Shown: piece after piece, positions 59,104 through 64,000 of the stretch | How positions within the stretch are numbered: position 1 is the stretch's first letter | How the letters are laid out: each line of letters begins with the position of its first letter | Notes under the pieces: model-generated | Databases searched by the model: none | Told to the model about the DNA's origin: nothing | Seen by the model: the letters and a program-made list of their open reading frames with translations, nothing else | NCBI GenBank assembly: GCA_963681965.1 | Contig: OY820579.1 | Coordinates: 544,001 to 608,000 of the forward strand | Direction of reading: 5' to 3' | Source of the DNA: a bacterium | GTDB lineage: Bacteria > Electryoneota > JAOADG01 | Length of the DNA stretch: 64,000 nt | Program-made: the position numbers and the translations under genes

Positions 59104-60954
59104 TTATTTCTCGACCGAAAGAAGCAGCATTTCGCGATAATGCGCCGGTTCCACCGTGACAAAGTAAGTACCCGACACAGCAGGTTTACCCGATTCGGTA
59201 CGACCATCCCAAACCACTTGAAATTGTTGGATCGTGTTGCGCGGAATCGGAATCGAGCGGACTAGTTGTCCCATCACATTGTAGATCTTCACCTGTTGCG
59301 GAATCCCCCACGACGAACTGGTGCCGCTGATAGTAAACTGAGGGTTGCCGGGATTCGGATAGATTCGTAATGTCTTGTAGTACGGCAGTTGAATCGGTGG
59401 TGGTGCGGAAGCATTACCAATCGTCAGCGTATAATACTCGGTCGGAACATTTTCCGGTGCATAGCCAACATTCTCCCACATATCCTCGGCACGGAAATAA
59501 CACTGATAACGCCCTTCCCGCATCGGTGCGGCAAACCCGACCGAATACCAATGCGTCGAATCGCGAAGCATATCGAACACCAGAGAATCGCCAGTCAGCG
59601 AATCGCGAATCACCCATTGCGGTTTCCAGACCGAATCGTTGTCAGTGATGTATGCTCGGAAATGAACAATCTGCTCTGGTGCATAGACCGTGGCAGTGTC
59701 GATCAACGTAGAAACGACTGGTGGCAGCGTGTCAGGATGAATGATTCCTTCCACTTGGTAGAACGAGTTGTCAAGTGTCGTATCTGCCGTCGAAACGCGT
59801 AACAGAGTGTAGAGTCGAACCCTATTAGGTTGCAGATCGGTTGATAAGAGATCACATTCGACAGAATGCTGAGCATTGCTTTGAGGTGCTGTGGAAACCA
59901 ACTTAAATGGATACCAACTTCTTCCATGGTTAGCCGAAATTGCAAACCGCGAAAATGGTTGGCTGTCTGCTATCTGCGATCCGGGATCCCATAGCGAATC
60001 AGCCGTATGGATTCCCAAAAGCCGTCCGCATCTCGAAACAACATTGGCATATTCGTAAGCAGTATGGAATCGACGCATCACTTGCCAATCCGACCAGGTA
60101 AAACCATTATCGATAGAAGTATTCAGCAATACACCATAATAATTCAACTGTTCATTATAATCGTTATTTCCGGTGGTAAGAAGAAGCGCATGCCCTTCGT
60201 CATCAATCGTTATTTTTGCATCGCGAGTTACGCACAAATTCGGATTAATTATAAATGGTTCAGAAAAAGGGCCACCATTGATTCGGCGTCGAAATATCCG
60301 CGCTCGATACGATTCGTTTGGTGGAGCATAATTGCATGCCAGATACATCCATTCATGATTGGATCCAACGGAAAGTGTCAGATAGTATGTAATATCGTTA
60401 CTGAGAAACTGTTGATTATCCTGATAAGTCACGCCACCATCGTTCGTCCAACATACGAACCGTGAACTGCTTCGAACAAAAACCGTATCACCTGTTTGAC
60501 CCAACAAATACAATCCTGGAAGTAGTGTTGTCGGTGCAATCCAAGTTTGTCCCAAATTCGTAGTTCGATAAAATCCGTTACCTCCCATCCACCTTGAACG
60601 TGAGGAAACTAATATTCCCTGCGTAGTAATAACCGGTTTAATGAGCCCAGTACCGGATGAGATGTTAGTATCACCGACGATACTCCAGTTGCTCCAAGTT
60701 TGTCCATTGTTCGAACTAATTTTTATCGCTGGAAAAGAACCCGCTTCGACAGTCCAATAACTGCACAACGCGACGATTGTATCCCCTTTGCTAGCCATTT
60801 TATTTGTATTATAAGTCGTCGTCGATAGAATCGCTCGCTTTGGCGACCATGTGATCGGAGCTTGCGGTTGCGCCAGCACAACCGGACTCAGGAGGATCAG
60901 CCAGAGCCATATTGCGGCGATTCGGAAGGAAAAAGGGGATAAGTGGTTGAGCAT
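59104..60954 (-). CDS. Secreted BNR/Asp-box beta-propeller protein with FlgD-like/T9SS C-terminal domain
   Basis: Signal peptide; SSNNGQTW, TTNLGQTW, TNDGGVTY, SIDNGFTW and SANHGRSW repeats; IYPNP.N...IYNVMGQLVR...WDGR...SGTYF. Confidence 0.85.
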   Translation of the reverse strand: MLNHLSPFSFRIAAIWLWLILLSPVVLAQPQAPITWSPKRAILSTTTYNTNKMASKGDTIVALCSYWTVEAGSFPAIKISSNNGQTWSNWSIVGDTNISSGTGLIKPVITTQGILVSSRSRWMGGNGFYRTTNLGQTWIAPTTLLPGLYLLGQTGDTVFVRSSSRFVCWTNDGGVTYQDNQQFLSNDITYYLTLSVGSNHEWMYLACNYAPPNESYRARIFRRRINGGPFSEPFIINPNLCVTRDAKITIDDEGHALLLTTGNNDYNEQLNYYGVLLNTSIDNGFTWSDWQVMRRFHTAYEYANVVSRCGRLLGIHTADSLWDPGSQIADSQPFSRFAISANHGRSWYPFKLVSTAPQSNAQHSVECDLLSTDLQPNRVRLYTLLRVSTADTTLDNSFYQVEGIIHPDTLPPVVSTLIDTATVYAPEQIVHFRAYITDNDSVWKPQWVIRDSLTGDSLVFDMLRDSTHWYSVGFAAPMREGRYQCYFRAEDMWENVGYAPENVPTEYYTLTIGNASAPPPIQLPYYKTLRIYPNPGNPQFTISGTSSSWGIPQQVKIYNVMGQLVRSIPIPRNTIQQFQVVWDGRTESGKPAVSGTYFVTVEPAHYREMLLLSVEK

Positions 60955-61163
60955 GATCGGCGATCCATGACAGTTAAAACAATTTATTCATTAAAGATCT
61001 TAAAATCTATTGGATTCGCATCCCCAATAAAAATTTCTACCCAAATGATTTTTACTTCGTAACCTATTTGCCATTTATTCTACCGAAAAATAATCGCGAA
61101 CGCATTTTCCCGTTCCAATCGCAGGTTCCGACAATTATATTGATAAAATGGGAGGGGGAAAGA

Positions 61164-61928
61164 ATGCGTTCTAAATATACAATCGCAATTTTTATCGTCT
61201 GGATTGGGTGGGCCATCACTGCTCGGGCGGCGGAAGATCCGACGGACACCAAGCCTTGGGAAATCGGCGTGACACTCTCGAGCCGATATATTTCCCGTGG
61301 TGCCGAAATGCTCGAGCGTGAACCGGCAGTTCAACCATTTATCAACTACACCTACGGAAATTCCGGCTTCACTGCCTCGGCATGGTCGTCATTTGCGCTC
61401 TCGAAACGGGATCAGGAAGAGATCAAAGAGTGCGATGAAGTCGATTTCACGCTGGCATACGCCCGGACAATCGGAATTGTCGATATCACTATTGCCGCCG
61501 ACCACCTCAATTTCATCCAAGTTGAGGGTTACCCCGACAGTCATTCGACTGATTACGACCTTGCCGGAACGATCTCTTTTCCATCCCTCCCGCTTTCGCC
61601 TTCCCTCCTTTTTATCAACAGTTTTAATCGCGACGGTGACGATGGTCAATATCTGGAAGGGGCGATCTCGGATGAAATCAATCTGATTCCAGCGCTACCG
61701 ATCACCTCTACCCTTAGTGCCGGTTATACCAATCAAAGTTGGTTGATCGACGAAGACGACACGCGATCTCCCGGAATTTCACATATTACCCTCAGTTTTC
61801 AGCATGAATTTACCGTCGGATCGTTCGCAATTGAACCAGTTTTCAATCTTACATCGACCCAAAACCGGCAAATCAATCCGGACAAACTCGCAATTTGGGG
61901 CGGAATCACCCTGAAGCACAGTTGGTAG
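61164..61928 (+). CDS. Putative outer-membrane beta-barrel (TorF/TIGR02001-like)
   Basis: GGAGG RBS, signal peptide, SRYISRG, PAVQP, EVDF...Y and a terminal aromatic residue (W). Confidence 0.7.
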   Translation: MRSKYTIAIFIVWIGWAITARAAEDPTDTKPWEIGVTLSSRYISRGAEMLEREPAVQPFINYTYGNSGFTASAWSSFALSKRDQEEIKECDEVDFTLAYARTIGIVDITIAADHLNFIQVEGYPDSHSTDYDLAGTISFPSLPLSPSLLFINSFNRDGDDGQYLEGAISDEINLIPALPITSTLSAGYTNQSWLIDEDDTRSPGISHITLSFQHEFTVGSFAIEPVFNLTSTQNRQINPDKLAIWGGITLKHSW

Positions 61929-62145
61929 CACCCAACCGCCAAGAGGATAATCAGGTTCGGGAATTACCCCGGTTCCTGCAAAATAGAAATTTACTCCGTA
62001 TATCTTTTCTAGTGACAGATTGTACATACCGAGTACTTTCGGATTCACCGAAATTGACTCGCCAATTCTGGATATTGCCAATACATTGTATCGTGGTTCT
62101 TGAAAATAAGTTGTCCTGATTCGGTGTCAGGCTTCGCCTGACCTG

Positions 62146-62171
62146 CGGGCGGACGCGGGGATCCGCCCCTA
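62146..62171 (-). repeat. Solo REP-like element
   Basis: GGGCGGACGCGGGGATCCGCCCCTAC, the reverse complement of a GTAGGGGCGGA... hairpin. Confidence 0.75.
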
Positions 62172-62306
62172 CTACCGATAACAACTTCTTTTCAAGAGAT
62201 GCTATATGATCCATTCACCGACTCTGTCATGAATAACGTATGGTTTCAACACACTCGACCGTCGAGTGGTCCCCAAACAACCGTTTAGTATGGAGAGACC
62301 AAGACA

Positions 62307-63488
62307 ATGCCGCAAAAGGCGAAAACTCCCGAAAAATCCGCGACAGCAATAGTAAAGAAGCAGTCGCAAACGCCGGACGAAAACCGCGACCTAATCCTCA
62401 AAGTTGGTGACGGCGCATTGCTCCATGTCGCCAAAGGGACAGCAAATGCTGCCGACGAGTTGATCTTACCGGCTCAATTCCGGCTGAAACACGAACAGCG
62501 TCTGGAACTGCTCTACCTGATGAAGCTTACACGCGGTACCGAAAACCGGATCATCAAGCTGTACCGGCAGGGTAAAATTGTCGGTGGTGTTTACACTGGC
62601 GCCGGTCAGGAAGCCACGGCGGTGGGAAGCGCATTTTCGCTGAATCTGGAAGATTATCTGGTGCCGATGCACCGCGATATGGGCTCGCATATTACCCGCG
62701 GACAGTTGCTGCGGAATATTTTCTCGCAGTATCTCGCCCGGGTTACGGCACCGACCCGCGGGAAAGAGGGGAATATGCACATGGGTGATTTCAAGAAACA
62801 GATCACCTGTATGATCAGTCACCTCGGTGCCAATCTCCCGGTTGCCTGCGGAATCGGCTACGCCTATGTGATGCGCGGCGAAAAGAAAGTGGTGCTCACC
62901 TATATCGGCGATGGCGGTGCCTCGATCGGCGATTTCCATGAAGCGCTCAATTTCGCATCCGTCGTCAAATCTCCGATGGTGCTCTGTATCGAAAACAATC
63001 AATTTGCCTATTCGACACCGACCCGCCACCAGTACAACTGCGAGCGGATTGCCGATCGCGCATTGGCGTACGGTATTCCCGGTTATGTTGTCGACGGCAA
63101 CGATGTCGAAGCGGTTTATGCCGTGACGAAATCGTTGGTGGAACGCGCGCGCGAAGGTCACGGTCCAGCTCTGTTCGAAAGTATTTCGATGCGCATGACT
63201 GGTCATAGTGCTCATGACGATGCGTTTTACGTACCGAAGGGGATGTTCGAAGAGTGGGCGAAGAAAGACCCGATTGCCCGGTTCCAGTCGAAACTGATGG
63301 AAGAAGGGGTGCTCAGCGAGCATGAACTCGGTACTATCGATCATCGCGTCGAAGCGGATATCGATGAAGCAGTCGAATGGGCATTGGCGCAACCGGAACC
63401 GGAAGGATACGAAGCGGCGATGGGCGTGTATGCGGATGAAGAACCGCAGCTTTGGGCAGAGTACCGCGAGCAGCCAAAATTGTTTTGA
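62307..63488 (+). CDS. 2-oxoacid dehydrogenase E1 alpha subunit (TPP-dependent)
   Basis: GQEA, GDGG...GDFHEALN.A...ENNQFAYSTP, DGND and GHSAHD motifs. Confidence 0.95.
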   Translation: MPQKAKTPEKSATAIVKKQSQTPDENRDLILKVGDGALLHVAKGTANAADELILPAQFRLKHEQRLELLYLMKLTRGTENRIIKLYRQGKIVGGVYTGAGQEATAVGSAFSLNLEDYLVPMHRDMGSHITRGQLLRNIFSQYLARVTAPTRGKEGNMHMGDFKKQITCMISHLGANLPVACGIGYAYVMRGEKKVVLTYIGDGGASIGDFHEALNFASVVKSPMVLCIENNQFAYSTPTRHQYNCERIADRALAYGIPGYVVDGNDVEAVYAVTKSLVERAREGHGPALFESISMRMTGHSAHDDAFYVPKGMFEEWAKKDPIARFQSKLMEEGVLSEHELGTIDHRVEADIDEAVEWALAQPEPEGYEAAMGVYADEEPQLWAEYREQPKLF

Positions 63489-63495
63489 TCTTTTT

Positions 63496-63568
63496 GTAGC
63501 AGCGGGCGTTAGTCCGCGCATTTTAACGAACGAAGTGTAACTGAACGCAGGCTGAAGCCTGCGGCTAC
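63496..63568. repeat. Inverted REP doublet between E1 alpha and E1 beta
   Basis: GTAGCAGCGGGCGTTAGTCCGC ... CGCAGGCTGAAGCCTGCGGCTAC; the second is the reverse complement of the 10904 element. Confidence 0.75.
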
Positions 63569-63603
63569 AAAGAAATTCCGAATTACACTACTGGAGGAAC
63601 ACA

Positions 63604-64000
63604 GTGGCGGACAAAGGGCGTGGTGAGGTCGTTACTTATATCGATGCCATCACCATCGGTTTACGGGAAGAAATGGAACGCGATTCGCGGGTCTGGTGTC
63701 TCGGTGAAGATATCGGTGTATACGGCGGAGCGTTTAAAGTTACCAAGGGGTTTGTCGATAAATTCGGCGAGAAACGGGTGCTTGATACCCCGCTTTCGGA
63801 ATCGGCAATTATCGGTGTCGCGATTGGATCGGCACTCAATGGAATGATTCCGGTGGCGGAAATGCAATTTGCCGATTTTATCACTTCCGGTTTCAATCAG
63901 ATTGTCAATCAGGCTGCCAAGATGCATTACCGTTACGGCGCTCCGGTACCGATGGTCGTGCGATGTCCGACGGGTGGCGGGGTGCATGGCGGTCCATTCC
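63604..64000 (+). CDS. 2-oxoacid dehydrogenase E1 beta subunit (3'-truncated)
   Basis: GGAGGA + GTG 63604. Translates to TYIDAI...LGEDIGVYGGAFKVTKG...RVLDTPLSESAI.G...AEMQFADF. Not in the ORF track because it runs off the window. Confidence 0.93.
   Translation, partial: MADKGRGEVVTYIDAITIGLREEMERDSRVWCLGEDIGVYGGAFKVTKGFVDKFGEKRVLDTPLSESAIIGVAIGSALNGMIPVAEMQFADFITSGFNQIVNQAAKMHYRYGAPVPMVVRCPTGGGVHGGPF

Noticed and set aside
62466-63521. Long antisense and alternate-frame ORFs (also 33220-33978, 43115-43756, 44780-45403, 46487-47101)
   Set aside because: They are shadows of well-supported genes and have no recognisable motifs.
1-64000. tRNA, rRNA or transposase genes
   Set aside because: None recognised by eye. 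A tRNAscan-SE or Infernal run would be needed to exclude them formally.

Overview
A 64-kb chromosomal window (about 50% GC, rich in GATC/CGATCG/ATCGAT) from a bacterium with type IX secretion (T9SS)-type C-terminal sorting domains, so probably FCB-superphylum-like (inference). Ordinary content: typA, a CapD/DegT/methyltransferase polysaccharide cluster, a TetR-TolC-HlyD-ABC efflux operon, an ArsR/Acr3/ArsC arsenic operon, PAS sensors, an SPFH protein, SufU, GH13, two phosphate acyltransferases and 2-oxoacid dehydrogenase E1 alpha/beta. Three things stand out. (1) A tailed-phage head and DNA-packaging module (head-tail adaptor-like gene, small and large terminase, portal, prohead protease) is split into three loci in the first 10.6 kb, interleaved with host genes and without integrase, replication or capsid genes in view: a candidate domesticated, dispersed gene-transfer-agent-like system. 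(2) Mosaic arrays of many different GTAG/GTCG palindromic repeats (REP-like) lie 3' of secreted-protein genes and are also inserted into three variable slots inside two paralogous SBBP-repeat T9SS cargo genes; in both genes a REP supplies the stop codon. (3) A RecA/KaiC*-REC*-GGDEF* protein with the architecture of BcsE, plus a BcsF-like single-TM partner, sits upstream of non-cellulose polysaccharide genes. Several single-base frameshifts could be assembly errors. All assignments are motif-based readings by eye; no database searches were run.
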